Shown here piece by piece: positions 23,680 through 38,900 of a stretch of DNA of 64,000 bases (its first letter is position 1; each line of letters starts with the position of its first letter). Position numbers and translations under genes: made by a program. The notes beneath the pieces are model-generated. The model was not told where the DNA came from. It saw only the letters and a list, made by a program, of their open reading frames with translations, and searched no databases. The stretch is from contig NW_026918875.1 of assembly GCF_032062105.1 (NCBI RefSeq), positions 62,001-126,000 of the forward strand, given 5' to 3'. Source of the DNA: Saccostrea cucullata. Taxonomy: Eukaryota.

Positions 23680-26185
23680 TCAGAAGTTCCTGTAAAACAA
23701 ACACAGATTCATCATTATTGTATGTTACTCTTTAGGAATGAAGTTTCATAGAGGGATTAATTTTTTTTGGCAGTAAAATATCAAATGATTATCTGTTTTC
23801 TATAAAGAATTTTCACAGAAAATATATTATATACATAAGTTGCCATAATATTTTCTTACTGGGCTATGAGGTGATCTCTCTTTGCCAATCGGATTAGGGA
23901 ATCATCAGATTCTCCCTGAAAGATAAAAGAATTCATTATAAAGGGAGAAATGTCCAACCTAAATGACTCCAAAAAACGTAAATAAGAGTACTTCAATGTT
24001 GATTATCACGACTTCATTATCAAATATTTAATTCACATTGTATTCACAATAAAACTTATTACAGCCATTGACAATAATAATAATGGCATTATAGTCTTTT
24101 CATCTAGCATCAACAACAGTGATACTGACAAACATGAAAGGACTAACATATGCAATATGCAGTAAACAACTCTTTGTCGAGATAACGTATGGAAAATGAC
24201 AAAAAATAGTCAAATTCTGATGGTGAAACTGTCTATAAATATTTACATTCAATACTATATTGAACAATCTGGTACAAATGATGTTAAGAGTAATGTTTTA
24301 ATCAACATTTCACCATATTCTGTTACACTTACCATTCTTCTAATGTTTCCACAGATGGCGTAAGTTGTGTTAGATCCAGTCATGCGGCCAGTGCTAGGAT
24401 CCACCTGAAATTTTAATAATCACATATATATCAAAGCATCATAGGGACATTTTAGCACTGTTTGATTCTGATAAGTACCTCAGGTATACTAGTACAGTCA
24501 GGTTTATTATTAAACTACATGCACTTTAACTTACATCAGCAATATTGATCTGAATTGATGCATGGTCCTTTGCTGCTATGATTCTGTTGCTTGCAGAGCT
24601 GTAATGTAAGATGATTGTTACTTAAGTTTTTACTTTAGAAAGAAAATAAACACAGCTAACATAATTATTTAAAACAAAATCATGCCATATTTGAAACATA
24701 AACATTGCTTCTATTTTATCATCTGTTGAGACAATTGAGATACAATGAAATCATTCAACTCAAGCTGATAAAGGAACCCATCATTAACCCTTATAGTTAT
24801 AAAGGTAAGGCTACATAAATCATAAAGAATAGGTGGACTTAAAGCCCTATTTTGGATCTTTCTGCAACTACTCTAACAAGTTGAAAATAAAGTGAATCCA
24901 AAGTATATTACAAGCAATAGCAAGAGCAACGTCTACATAGTTATTTTAGCTAGAACACATATACAAAAGCAATGCCTTGTTGCCATGAATCAAAATTGAA
25001 GCAACGATACATTAGTGTCCTCTTCTGGAATTTGACATGCACCAGAGTGGTTTTTCGGTCACGCTATCAATATTCTTAGGAAGCGGGGCTATCGATCGGT
25101 GTCATTGTTGACATTTCTCTCTCTGTGTCTCTCTCTCTAGAAATTCCAATACGTGTTTGGCATATTACAGCGATGTCATTATGATTTCTTTTTAAATGTG
25201 AGGACACACAAAATTAACTCAACATTTAATGTGCTATATTCTGAAAACGGCAACCACACATAGTGATATACATTGAGGTCAGGTTGAAGAATACAATGTA
25301 ACTGTTTCCACCCAGGTGGACATCACGTCATGAATTGTAATATTTACATACATGCCAACTTTTGAAAATTTTCTTGGGGGAGATTTCGCGTAACGACATT
25401 TTTCAAAGTTCTAGATTCGTGGCATTTTGTTGTGAAACTAATATTTTATCATTTTTTAAAAATACCTATCTTATTCATTGTGGACACATATTTATCTATA
25501 ATCTTTACCTCTTAAAGTGTTTTCTTCTCTATCAACTTCAACAAAAACACAATTTGAAATTTTACAAAAATTCATTTTTTAAATCAACAATAATTATTTA
25601 ATACAGAGATCAACATAACCCATCCCTGCCCTGAGCAATAAGATATATTTACTTTAAATTATTTTATATTAATTTAGAAGGTCAATCGAAGTCGTAACAA
25701 TGGAAGTGAGAAGTTTGTTTTGAACATGTTTTTTGTTAAATAAGTGTGAGCGCATGTTTGTCGGCTCTTCTCCTTTCAATATGACATTATTTTGTTCAAT
25801 ATACAACTACAGTTTTTGTAAGAACGGCCGACAAACATGCGCTGACTATGTATACACACAATGAAAAATGTGTGACCCTGATTATCTATTGATATTCAAG
25901 AAATCTTCAGGCATCATGCCTTCGAGATTTATTTAGTTTACCCCGAAAAGAGCATCTTAAATTCACATCCGTACCATAAATACACAGTTAAGATATCGAG
26001 GGTTTATATGATGGGAAAAAAATAACATTTTATGGAACTTAAATTTACAGCATTTTTTCTGGCCACTTAAGTCCACCCATTCTTTGTAAAATATTGGGGA
26101 CATCCAAATAATATGGAGTAAAGAAAATGACCCACCATTTTCTAGGGATGTACATATCCACAAATTCTCCTTGATCGTTCTGCAT
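23680..26185 (-). CDS. RPS21: 40S ribosomal protein S21 (eS21), 83 aa
   Basis: Exons 26185-26136, 24598-24535, 24404-24333, 23915-23860 and 23689-23680: [89 protein letters not shown] at 23637-23642. Confidence 0.97.
24823..26085. mobile_element. Probable TIR element filling most of an RPS21 intron
   Basis: AAAGAATAGGTGGACTTAA / TTAAGTCCACCCATTCTTT inverted termini; internal hairpin at ~25749-25843. No clear TSD. Confidence 0.5.
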
Positions 26186-26451
26186 AGTGACAGCTTACTA
26201 CAATGTAAAACAAATAAACTTCAACCTTGGAGCATAAACAATAAATGCACATCTAAAACATTTTTATAACCCCCCCTTTCAACAAGCTTTTTTATTTTGT
26301 ATTAGACTTATATACAGACAGATATTGACTGAAAATGAATTTAAAATAAAGGCATATGAGATGATGTTTGTATGTATAAATACTTTACTGGGCGTAAAAT
26401 GATTGTATATGGCGAATTTAGGCAATATGTAATTTTATAAATATAAATACA

Positions 26452-26486
26452 CACGACTGCAATGGCTGTGAGAGAAAAGAGGAAGC
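26452..26486 (-). promoter_or_regulatory. TCT/5'TOP start and non-coding first exon of RPS21
   Basis: Minus strand reads CTTCCTCTTTTCTCTC, typical of ribosomal-protein 5'TOP starts, ~290 bp upstream of the ATG. Confidence 0.7.
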
Positions 26487-26988
26487 ACATGGATATGTCA
26501 TTTACCCAGAATTCATAGAATATAGGGGGTGGTATATAAATCCATACTTTCTATGTAGCTATCTAAATTTCATAAAATCATTTAATATGTTATACATGTT
26601 AGCAAAACAAATTAAACATTTTTTTACTATCTAAGATGTTCTTTAATAGTCGAAAAGATTAAAAAGGGTATTTTTATAAGTTTGAAGATTAGATTTTTGA
26701 TATTTTCCCTCAAATTTTATTTTGTTAACACGTTCATGGTTGTGTCTCTTTGGAATAAAATCCTTGTAATTTATCTCCGTTGATTTAAAAAAAAATCACA
26801 AATAATTTAAGCTTTTATAAAAAAAAATCTCTGAGTAGAGTAACATTAACTTAACATGATCTTTCCTTCTTCTTTTGACATAAAGAAATTGTACGATTTA
26901 TCAAATCTGCAAAGCGTTTCGGCGATGATTTTCATGATCAGTTACACGTTTGTCTGCAGAAGTTGAAGAAGTTTCGATTCCCCCAAAG

Positions 26989-29900
26989 ATGTCGTTAAAG
27001 GTTGGTGAAAATCTACCCAACTTCATCATGTACTTGCTTTACAAGAATATTTTATTTTTTTTTCCGAAAACGCGAAATATTTTAAACTGTGCAAATACAC
27101 ATGAAAAAATTAAACAGTTGGAAAGTAACGGAATTCAGCAATGTAGTCTGTTCTGTTTATGACAAGGCACTGAGGCAGTTGAAATTCTTCTTTTTTTTTT
27201 TTTTGTTGTTGTTGCTGTTGTTTGTCAGATGAGGCTTTAGAAGAAAAGAACATTTGGATAGCTTTAGAGAATAACCCCAAATCGACCAAAATGATACTTT
27301 CATAATTTACTAACTTTGAGATAAAATTCTTATCAGGTATACATACTGTATATGATTATGATATATACTGTAAGTCTGCATATATTTTGATAAGATGAGT
27401 GAAAGGTGCCTGAAGGCAAGAAATCATAATTCTGTCATGTTTAAAAAATCATCAGTCTACAGTCTTAACAGCATTGCAATAATCATGATAATGATAACGG
27501 AATGCTTTGGTGATTATAGGGTTGATGTGATATGTTAAGCCAACAAGGGTTAAGAACTTAAGAAAATGGAAAACAACTTTGAAAAATTAATAAACTCAAA
27601 ATATAACATTGTCATTGACATTCATATCACCCACACTGCAATCATTATGGCAGATTAACTTGAGATTTTAATTTTTGAGTACCATCAATTGTAGAAATGA
27701 GTTTCTTTTCACATAAAATTTAAGGCAGTTTTTTGAGTTAGAAGACTTTATCAATTTCTGTCACTAATGTTCATTAGACTGTCCTCCTGGCAGCTGATTA
27801 GATTTGAACAGACAACATAACACATGACAACGAAGTAAGTTTCAGATAAGACTGCCGCTGCTAATATTGACACAAACAAAGTGCTCTTTTAACATGTTTA
27901 ATCTTCAGAAGCACATTTACTTAGTACTCTTTATTGTGCCACCACCTGGCTCCAAGACCATAAAACTGAGAAAAGACTTAAATCAAAATTTCAAACCAAT
28001 ATAATAACTTGTGAAATAATATTAATACATGTAATCAGTCAAAATATTCATCAGTGATCATAGAATTAAATTTTTCAAAAATTTGCACTTTTTAAGCAAA
28101 CAGCTCAAGATACCGTATAAGTAGAAATTTTAGCGAGGATTTAATTTTTGCATTATTAGCGAGGCCGTTGAAATTGCTAAAATTGAATATCGCTAAAAAT
28201 AAATTGTGTTATTTGTACTAGCTTCTTTAGTGAACATTTTTGAAATAGTTAAAATTACTTCTCGCTAAAAATAAAGTACCAGTTTTTAAGGAGAAATCGC
28301 TAAATTTGTGTCTCGCTAAAATTTCCACTTATACGGTCATAAAAATCAATATTTTGACTTATTTTTATTATCAGTTTATTGTCTTGGGGCCTGTTTTACT
28401 TGCCTTTTGAAATCTGAATACATGTTTTCTTAAACCTTATGATTTGTGTTTAAAAATGTTTTGAAAAAAATGAATTGTGAAAAAAGTATTGCAATAATTC
28501 TGAATATGTATCTTATTCTTATTGTGGAGACAGCATATTATTTCAGCCCTACATGCCATACCTACCTATAAGTTGAATAGTGTAAAAGTTCAAAAAGATC
28601 TAATAAATGATTAAATCCCCCCCCCCCATCCACCCCCACCCCCAAAAGAGAGAGAGGGAGAGAAAGAGAGAGAGAAACCAATATCTTAATCTTAAACTAT
28701 AGATTATCTTTTTATTGTGCCTTAAACTAAGTAGTAAACACATTTGAAGCAATGTATTATATTCTTTCTTTCTTTCTTTTTTTCTTTTTACATATTATCG
28801 TTGGCAGCTAACTGTAAAGTTTCACGTTATGTCACAATCTAGTTGACAGCTGCACTCAAGGTAAATTGTACACCCCTCCTAACTGCAAGCTTTACGACTG
28901 GAACTTTCTTCTTATCCTTGATTGGTTGCTCGTGCAACAGACTATTTTCATATCAGTGTTGATAATTTGAGTTGACCAATCACGTGAATTGTTTACGCTG
29001 GATGCATCTGACGAAAAAAATCGTGAAGTAACATGAAACTTTACAGTTAGCTGCAAACGATAATAACATTGATAATAAATCATACAGAGAAGTATCAATT
29101 TCAGATTTTCTGTTGTAAAGATTGCATTTTCATTAAAAAAAAAAATAGTTTTTGTATTTAATTTTATAACAAAATATATTGATCTGGGGTTTAACTTCTC
29201 TTTGGTTATTTTGGTTAATAAGTATTTACAATTCACCAGACCAAATGTCAAGTAGATTATACAGAATTTGCCAATTTCATATCCTCTGTAGAAATCAATA
29301 CCTCCCATATATTGTACTCTATATATGTCATTAACATATAATTTTTTTTTAGAAGGAAACTCCATCAGACCAGCAACTTCATTTGGCTGCTTTACAAGGA
29401 AACTTAGAACAACTAAAACGTGTACTAGACACCGGAAAAGTACATGTAGACTGCAAAGACAAGGTAGTTATATCATTTTATGGAGCCAGCTACTCTTTTA
29501 TATATTGTTTCTGGTAAAATTCATAAAGTTAGGACATCACTCTTGGTTTGTTGGGAGTCCAGAAGATATGTTACTGCAATTTGGAATTTCTGATATTCCA
29601 TGATACTGAGTTAGTATACAAATACTCTTTCCACTCTTTTTGAATGATATGAAGTTTATTTGCCTTTTATTTCTATCAATGATAATTATAAAATATTCAA
29701 CTTCACAGCAGCAGCCATGGCTGGTTTGACTATTTTGAATATTTATACATATGCTTACATTCGTATTTAGAAATTCAAGTTGTGGTATTTATATCAGACA
29801 AGGAAAATAATTATTTGGCATATGAATTTACTATCTTAAGCACAAGGTATACTTTTATAATTGTGGATTAGTGTTTTTTTCAAAAATGTGTTAAATTTTT

Positions 29901-32158
29901 GTTTTCAACAGGAAGGGACATCTCCATTAATTTTGGCTGCTGCAAACAATCATCTAGACTGTGTAAAAGAACTTCTGAAACAAGGGGCTGACCCTTCAGC
30001 TCGCAGACTTGTGAGTACATGCATACCAAGATAGATTCCAGACAGAGAAACAGAATGTCAGATGTAAAATGAGGAAATTTAATTAATAAATAATTTAAAT
30101 TTATGCATATCTAGCAAATTAAGCAGACTTCTTCATGTATTCATATAAAACATATTTTTCCTGTAATGTAAATTCATAGACTTGCTAAGAACTGTCTTGT
30201 TGGGTATTTAACACAAACACAAATTGAAATATGCTATTATTTGAACACTTTACGATTTCCAAATCTTGTAAGACATACACAACCTACATTATATGAATAT
30301 ATAAAGTAATAATTTTGTTACAGACGGGAACCTGTGCATTGTTCTTTGCTGCTCAAGGAGGATTTCTAGACATTGTACGTGTGTTGTTAGACAGCGGAGC
30401 CTCCCTAGATCTAGCCAGCTATGTAAGTTATTGTATTACATGTATACTGTGCAGTATTTGTTTGATGTAAACTTGATTCTTGGGTTTAAAGGTTCACCTA
30501 GTATTACATTTGCAAGCATCATAACTCACTCAGTTAGAAATTGAATTTTTGAATTTAATCATTTGGTGTGAGGAACATTTTTGAATTTTGCACAGCTACA
30601 ATTTTGATCAAAAGAGTGTGTTGTGTTGATTCAGTGTGTGTAATTTACAGGATGGAGGGACACCTTTGTTTGTAGCCTGTCAGTGTAATCATTTGGATGT
30701 TGTGGAGGAGTTACTCAGTAGAGGAGCGGATCTCCATGCTCAAATGATTGACGGGGCCACACCTCTCTTTATCACTGCACAAAATGGCCATTTACACCTG
30801 TTAAAATACCTGATAACTCGAGGGGCTGATGTCAATGTTAAACGACAGGTATCAAACCTATAGATAATAATCATATTCTATTGTTTTTGAAAAATCATGG
30901 CTTTCTGATTTTAAAAAATCACTCATGTGTACAGGGTACACTTAAGCGCTAGTTAAAGTAAACGGCAAAAAATATTTATTAATCATTAATTTTTTTTAAA
31001 AATTGAATTAAAATTAAGCTTGAAAAGGAATTAATTAAGACTATAAATTTTATTACAATGCACCAGAGAAATTGAACATGAAATTTAATTATATTTGAAT
31101 GGAATTCAATAATTTCTCTATTTCTTGTTTGGGTCGTTCAATTTAAAAATACTGCTATGACATTTAATAATGTATGATAATCTGTTTTGTAGGATCAGGC
31201 TACACCCTTGTGGATAGCTTCACAAATGGGACACACCTCCATTGTTAAAGAGCTCTTATCCTCTGGTGCTGAAGTAGATGCTGTCAGAGAGGTATATAGA
31301 GAGCTGTTTCAAAAAAAAAAAAAAAAACTTCTTTCATTTTTTCTGTGAACTTCTAAAGCAAAACCTCTTACAGGACAAGTAATAAAAGAGATGAATTATG
31401 AGATGGAGGACTTTCTTTACATAAATGATGTTTTCTTTATAGGATGGTGCAACCCCCCTTTTCAAGGCATGCCATAAGGGCCATTTAGATGTTGCTGAGC
31501 AACTCCTTAAACACAAACCAAACTTGGGTTTACTCAAGGTATGGAAGGTTTTCAGTAAGAATGAGTTGTCACATCATGAGGATATTTAAAGGTCCTCTAA
31601 TGATATATTAAAGTAAATTAAAATTTGAATATTTTAAAAGTTGACATGAGTTTCATATAGGCTGTTTTTCCTGAAGAGAAACAAGATCACTAAAGAGAAA
31701 CAAAATTAAAGAATTTGCTACACATGTAAATGCCAATTACTGCAAGTTTTTTGTTTTCTATCCTTGCCTGTATTTTATATTTGATTTCAGAATGGAGAGA
31801 CACCACTTCATGCTGCAGCCCTGTTTGGGCACATGAAAGTGATGAAATTGCTCATGTCTTATGGTGTGGATACAAGGCTCAAAAACAAGGTATGATAAAG
31901 TATGCATGTACTTTGGCATTTATACTTCTTTAAACACAATCATGATATCAGTTGCATTTACTTCTTGAAGCAGCCTCCATGAATAATTACCTGAAGGATT
32001 ATCTGATCATTATAAGGACATGATTCCTCTGATTACAGGAAGGTAAAACTGCTGCAGAACTTGCCCAAGAAGCAGGATATGACTACATTGCCAAATTTAT
32101 CAACAGTTTCCAAACCAGTCAGGACAGGAAAAGCCCCACCACCCCACCGCCATCTTGA
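26989..32158 (+). CDS. ANKRD29: Ankyrin repeat domain-containing protein 29
   Basis: Exons 26989-27000 (MSLK), 29353-29463 (KETP..GNL..KVHVDCKD), ~29912-30010, ~30323-30422, 30651-30848, ~31193-31291 (TPLWIASQMGH), ~31443-31538, ~31791-31889 and 32039-32158. Tandem ankyrin repeats with the ANKRD29-type N-terminus; head-to-head with RPS21. Confidence 0.92.
28111..28337. mobile_element. MITE (Tc1/mariner-like TACCGTA termini)
   Basis: ACCGTATAAGTAGAAATTTTAGCGAG / CTCGCTAAAATTTCCACTTATACGGT inverted repeats. Confidence 0.75.
28802..29057. mobile_element. MITE
   Basis: ~30-bp TIRs gcagctaactgtaaagtttca / tgaaactttacagttagctgc. Confidence 0.7.
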
Positions 32159-35100
32159 TGTGCCAAGCGATAATCTACAAACCCCACCTAGCAAAGCAAG
32201 CTTTCTGTTTGTCTGTGATGATTATAAAGGTCCCATGTCTACCATCAGGTGTTTCATAATTACGCAAATTTATGATGGAATCGAAAATTCTTACGAACTT
32301 TTTTTCAATGTTTTTTTGTTAACAATTTTCAAAGAAATGTTTACGCAGCTTCATTCTTTTTTTTTTTTGTTTATCAGAATATCACCATTGTAATTTTTAA
32401 AGTTCTATTGATTTTTGTATATGAAACTTTATATTTGCAGTTGTTTTTCTTTTTGGCTGATTTTGATATTAATTACTTTTGTTCTTGTAACATAAGCATA
32501 TCTTTTATAGATGGTAGCTAGAGCAAATTTGAAAAACTAACCAAGAGATGTGAAGGTTATTTACAGACATTGTCAACACTTGTTATCACATGAAATAATC
32601 TTGCCCTTATTTTCTTTAAGGTAGATAGGTCAGTATCATTTCGTAGAATAAAATAATATGGTGCAGGCCACCATATCTAGTTTCCGCTGTGATTTAAGTG
32701 TCGTTAAATTGTGTTTGTAGGTGTTGATTGGGTTAATATATGTAAAGTGACTGGCTGTTTTCATGAATTTTTGCCAGTGAGTTTTTGTGTTTTGACCTTC
32801 ATTCAAAAAAGTAGCAAAATACTTAAAGTAATAATAGGAATGAAGTCACAGAATTCTTGAATATTTTCAAAAAGAATCCTGCTTATGTTTGCAATTTAAT
32901 TTTGACACAATTTTGCAAAAAATATTTAATGTTTTTCAAAATACTCCTAAATCTCCATGATAATCGTATTTATTTGTACAGTTTATTTTAGTAAGAGTCT
33001 GAAAAATATAGTGCAATTCATTTTTCGTGTGCTAGTCATAGTTAGGAGGAAAACTGATATATATTTTTTGTCTTTTTTTTTTATAAAGATTAAGTTTTAA
33101 ATCGTAGAGGTTGTTATTATTGAACAGTTTTGCCTCTTTTGAGTTACCTCATACCTGAGTCGTATTCTAACTTCTGAGATTGTAGAGACTAAGAAATGAG
33201 GGATTTAAATTTTATGTACGAGTTGTCAAAATGATCTAAGTTGGTGCATAATAAAGGGTGATATTCCATTGTTGTGACAGGTTTCTGTGTATATCACCCA
33301 GATGTCTTTCCATTATATTACGGCTGCCTTGAATGTTGTATTGGTGCTTCCGTGTTGTGTTGTTGACTTGTCGGCATGTAGATATTTGTTTCAGGCAATT
33401 TCAATGTAAAGGTAGTAAATATATTTCACAGAAAGTAGACTTAAAGACAATCAGATTATTGTTTAATCAGAAAGGAGATAAATGTTTACAGAAAAAAAGT
33501 TTATACATGTTTTTAAAGGATGTCCTTGTGTGGAATAAATTTCTGCACATCTTTTGGAATAAAATGAAATTAATATCTTTTTATGAAACATTGAGGGCAA
33601 GCTTAAATCATTAAGCTATGGAAAATCGATAAGCAAACCAAAGTGGAAAGTCAAGGTAGAGAAATGTGATTTAGGAGGATGACTGTTTATGTACAGGTTG
33701 TGAATTGACTCATATCAGAATTGTTTGAATACTCTTAACCTCTCTGGGTAATACCATCATAATTACTGAACTTTTTTGTCATAACATATACAGTGAATAA
33801 ACCAACAAATTTTTGGCATTATTTTGGCTTTAGTAGTAAGGTGAGTTTCAGAGACAAAATATTGGGTTTTTTCTGTAAATAAGAATTTTCACATTATTGA
33901 GATGAGGTTAGAAATCTGTTCAGTTGTTTCAAGTAATTTGTTTTAGATTTAATTGATGATGATTAATAATGAAGAATTTGAAACTGGTTGATTTTCTCAG
34001 AAACAGATGTATTATATGAATCTATAACAACTGGTAATATAAATGAGACTTGTGTGACTATAGTTATATCATTACTGTAGAATAAGAAGTGCATGTATTT
34101 TCTTTCATATTTATTGTATTTTTTATTTGTAGTGGTATGATATATGATCGTTATTTATGATACATTTATTGAATGACTAGTGTCACAACAGTATTCACTC
34201 ATACATGTTTATGTTATAATATATTCCCCTCATATACATGTATTTGCAAGATATTTTACTTGTGCAGTACAGTTTTAAGATACATGTACATGTAATAGGT
34301 GTGCAATATAGTTCCAGCATTTGAAAATAGCAGTAAATGTATACTCTTTCTATAAGCTGTATAATTTGTAAGTAAGAGTACACGATATCTTTTGGTTCAA
34401 CTGCCTAGGTCATTGGTATGTTTTGATTATCACTGTTTTAATTTGAATGTGAACATTTTGACCATGGAATGAACAGATATATTAAGGTCACTGTGGTACA
34501 TATTTAGGTCTCTACAAATAACTTTAATTAATTTTTTTTTTTAACTTCACATACTGATAGGTACATTGTAATGTACATGACATCTTGGCCTTTGACCTTG
34601 GTATTAGTTGGTGATAAACATTCATTGCTTTTTGGGGTCTTGACAGCCTGGAAGATTGAAAGGTGTAATCACTTTCTGAGTTAACCATGTTAAAGGATTT
34701 ACTTAGCTCAATTTAGTGTGGTGCATTCTGATTAACATTTATCATCTCCTCATAATAATAAATCTTATTCTAGAGAAATTTCAAGGTTGGCTTTGACCCC
34801 TGACCTTGAATTAATTAAGATAACATGTGGTATGCTTTAATCTAGATTTTTTGTTTAGCATGATTTCATTTCATTAATTTATGAATACTTCACAATCTGG
34901 CTATTTTTTGTGTTATTATGGATTTTTTTATTTGGCAAAAGAACACTGAGGATTTAAGTTTCTTGGGGTGAAAATAATTTCAAAGAACTCTGTATAAAAT
35001 AACACAGTGTTCTTCAAAACAATTTCTTTTTCATAGTGGAGAAGAATGCTGTGTCAATACAGTCATTAATGTACATACAATGTTTAAACAATTAGCATTG

Positions 35101-35927
35101 ATTTATTTTGCTATGATGTAGGAAATGGAAATAACTTCAAGTGCATTGCCACATACAAGATTAGATGACCAACCTCAGCAAGTGAAAAATTTGTACGTGC
35201 ATATTATTAGACATTTTATGAATCTGTGATGTATTATTATAGAACTGGGGTTACCTCCCGTTTTTGAACCGATATTAGGTGTATATAAGCTAGTGTTGTG
35301 AGAAAATCAAAACAGACATTTTTACTTACTACTTAACATGTTTTTGTTAGTATTCCTTCTTACAATAATTATGCAGCAAATAAACCTCATTTATTGGCAA
35401 AGGCTTAAAACTGCTTTATTTTTCTTGTTTGTTCCCATAAACAAAAGGAGTCTTAGGCAATCAATATGTCTGTTGTGGGGAGGAAGCTTAGAGCATAAAA
35501 TTTATGTCACAAAAGACACTCGGATGGACAATTGCTGTCTAACTTCCTTTTTTGCCAGATGTTCATACTGCCAATATGGGTGGTATCGACTTAAAGAGTG
35601 CATGTATAGTTGAGAGAGATATAAAAAAAGTTTTTGAAATCGAACATTTGTGCAATTAAGGTAAGAATATGAGGAAATTAATCTGAAACACTGTGCAATG
35701 AAATGACAGCTTTTTCTATGGATGGCACTGTAGCTTTCTGGTTCTTCTTCCCATTTTTTTTTTATAGAGCAGCAAGCTACAGTTCTGCAGCTGAGGGGAT
35801 ACACGAATGACACAATATCAGAAAAGAAACAATGAAAAAAGGACTTAAATAATTTAATTAATTTCAATATAAATGTAGAGGGACATTTTTAGAAAGTATA
35901 AAAATCGATGTCCAATTTACGATTTCT

Positions 35928-38900
35928 TCAGCGCTTTCCTTGTCCTAAATACGTCATGTTTGGACGTGTGACTAAAATGTATTGAGCCTGACCAAGCAAA
36001 AATTCATTCCACGTGACAGTTCTGCAAAGAGAAAAAAAGACGTGATAAACAATTAACATATAGATTATGTACAAATTTAAAAGAATTATGATGGAATATC
36101 GATGTTATACTGACCCCAATTCCTTAACATCGAGCGACATGGCTCGAGCTAAAGCATGCTTTGCGTAGGTTTCGCCAATACTATATCGTCTCCTTGAAGA
36201 TACAAAGAAAACGATAAGCAGTTTGACCTTTATTTTCACAACTAAGTTAATCAAGTTAGAAAAACTTTTCTTTAAAAAAAAATCAGTCTTCAATGGTTGT
36301 ATTCTTTTATATGTAGTAAATCGAAAGGGGAAAGATTTTCTAAGTAAATCCTCTTTTTAGAAATGTAACTTTACAGAAAATCTTCCAGGAGAAGCTTCAC
36401 AAGTACATCGTATGGTCCTCAGCTATTCTATGGAACCATACTCAGTATTTTTTTTTCATGATTTTATTTTGAGTTAATAATGCGTGTGAAGTGTCGAAAC
36501 TTGAAATATCTGTAATAATTTATGAATACTTGCTCTTCAGGTAGGTTGAAACGACCGATATACTCATCAAGCACTTTCCTGGCTTCTAACTCCGATATCC
36601 TGCCATCATCATTTGTGTCTAAGTGGGAGAAGGCCATCTTTGCTATCAGAATTTCCTTTTCTGTCAGCAAGTCCACTAACTCATTCTGCAATGCATCAGC
36701 ATCATCTTACACAGTGCTAATATGTCTTCAAGATTTTGATCACTAATAAAGTTAATTTCCCATTTACAAGTTGATACATTTCACAAAATGCCAAGGCCAA
36801 GATTGGATGCAAAAACGCCTATGTGTAATATGTAAAAACATTATTTTTTTCATTTTTTTTTTTTGTAAACAAGCAAGTGAAGTTTTACCACTTTGATAAG
36901 TAATTGGCTTAATTTACTTTCTTTTAGTTTTACCTGATTTCTTGAGGAGAGTTTGACTTTAGCCTGGAAATTTAAAAACTCCCACCAATCAATAGTTCCG
37001 CTGCCGTCCGTATCAACCAATTTGAATTCGAGATCAAAGAGTTTTCGTTCTTCTTCTGTGACCTGGTGCCCAAGTTGTTTTCTCTTGTATGCGATGAATT
37101 CATCAAAAGTAATTTGACCTCCTGCCATTAAAAGAAAACGGAGATATTATCTTAAAATAGTACAAAATAACACTTTGTCAAATTCCTATACTGTATCCAC
37201 AAATGACAAATGTGCTGAGTACTAAACCTTTTGGGTTGATTTCTTCATCAAAAGTTTCAATAATACTTTCTATCTCCTTTTCAGTTAGTAAGAAACCCAA
37301 ATCATCCTGTCAGTGAAAAAAAGTTTGTTCAGTAATAATTCTTTTATGACAAGAAGAGTGTGATATACTTTATTATTCGTATGCACGTTTATAAAATATG
37401 TAGGCTGTGAGTTGCTTTATTTCAACATTCTTTCCTACTTTCTGCCTCAGATCAACAGAACGTGAAGCCCTTACACACGTAGGACAGCTCCACCCCGTGC
37501 TAGTGTTGGCTCTCTCTATGGCGGTTACGTGCGATGGATGGAGATCCTGCATGAGCAGAACACAGTTCTTATGGAACACTCTGTCACAAACGCGGCACGG
37601 ATACTCGTCTTTAGGGCTCTCAAACTTCTTATCGCACAGCTTACAATGAAGGCTGTCCTGGATATGAAATAAAATGAAATTTCTGATTTTCTTATCTTGC
37701 TAAACACATGATGTAACAAAACTGCAACAGCCAGAGAAATGAAGATCATTTACGTTGGAGCTGAAAGAAAGACTCTAAGTGCTAAAAGAACTGGAAAGAG
37801 ACAAAAGGTTACAGCAGACAGCATACTTAGAGTAAAAGAAAAGGGACAAAAATCTTGGATTAGCAGAAACTCTTGGAAGGTGGTAGATTGATTGTTTGCT
37901 TTTTGTTTGACGCCCCTCTCAAAAAAATTTAACTCATATAGAGATGCCCAGAGTACTAGGCAATGAGAAGAAAGGAATACCAACAGCAGTAAAGGACAAA
38001 GAGGGCAAGATCCTGAGCAGTCAATACGAAAGAAAGAAAAGTAGTTGATGAGATGGATACAAGCTCCATACAGAGAGAGAAAATCATCAAGGCTATAAAG
38101 AAATTAAAGAATGGAAAATCTGGAGGAGATGCTGGAATAACAGCTGAGATGTCAAAAGCAGACACAGAGGCAACATCAATCTATTTGGAAAAACTCTTCA
38201 CAACACTTTGGAAAAAGAAACCATACCATCGGTTAGAATAAAGGCGTGACAGTGAAGATTCCGAAGAAAGGTGATTGATCGATATTTGATAACTATAGAG
38301 GTACATTGTATAATGCTTTTGTCTGTACACAGCCAAGCAAAGTATTCTCAACGATAGCTATACAAAGAATCCAAGATGGAATGGAAAACAGCTGCACGAG
38401 GAACATGCTGCTTTTCGAAGAGGAAGGAGTACAACAGAACAGCCAGTAACACTTCGTAACATCATAGAACAATGTACCGAATGGAACTCAGCATTGTTTG
38501 TAAACTACCTTGATTTGGAAAAGGCATTTGATTCCAAACATAGTGAAAACATTTGGTCTATCTTGAAGTTCTATGGCAAATAAAATGGTCAGAGTAGTGA
38601 AAGTCTTTTCATTCAAGTGTGCAATCGATCCTTGAAGATGGAGAAGAATCAAAATGGTGTTCCAGGTAACCACAGGAGTGAAGCAGGGTTGCACAATGTC
38701 TGTATTTTTTGTTGAATATAGATTTTGTTATGAGTAAAACTGCAGAAACAAACCCAACAGGAATAATGTGGAATTTTAAAACAAAACTTAAAGATCTAGA
38801 CTTCGTGGATGATCTTGCTCTCCTACAAATTCCGGGACATCCAACGAAAGACACAAAGAATAAATGAAATTGCAAGTCAAGCTGGCCTTAGAACAAACAT

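Noticed and set aside
23690-26135. Intronic snoRNA in RPS21
   Set aside because: Only an isolated C-box-like ATGATGA close to an acceptor; no convincing C/D or H/ACA pairing by eye. Would need snoscan or Infernal.
28892-29365. 157-aa minus-strand ORF
   Set aside because: AT-rich, antisense to an ANKRD29 intron, overlaps a MITE, no recognisable motif.
35928-36021. Apparent frameshift in the last exon of PHF24-like B
   Set aside because: Recounting the A5 run at 35998-36002 shows the frame is intact.
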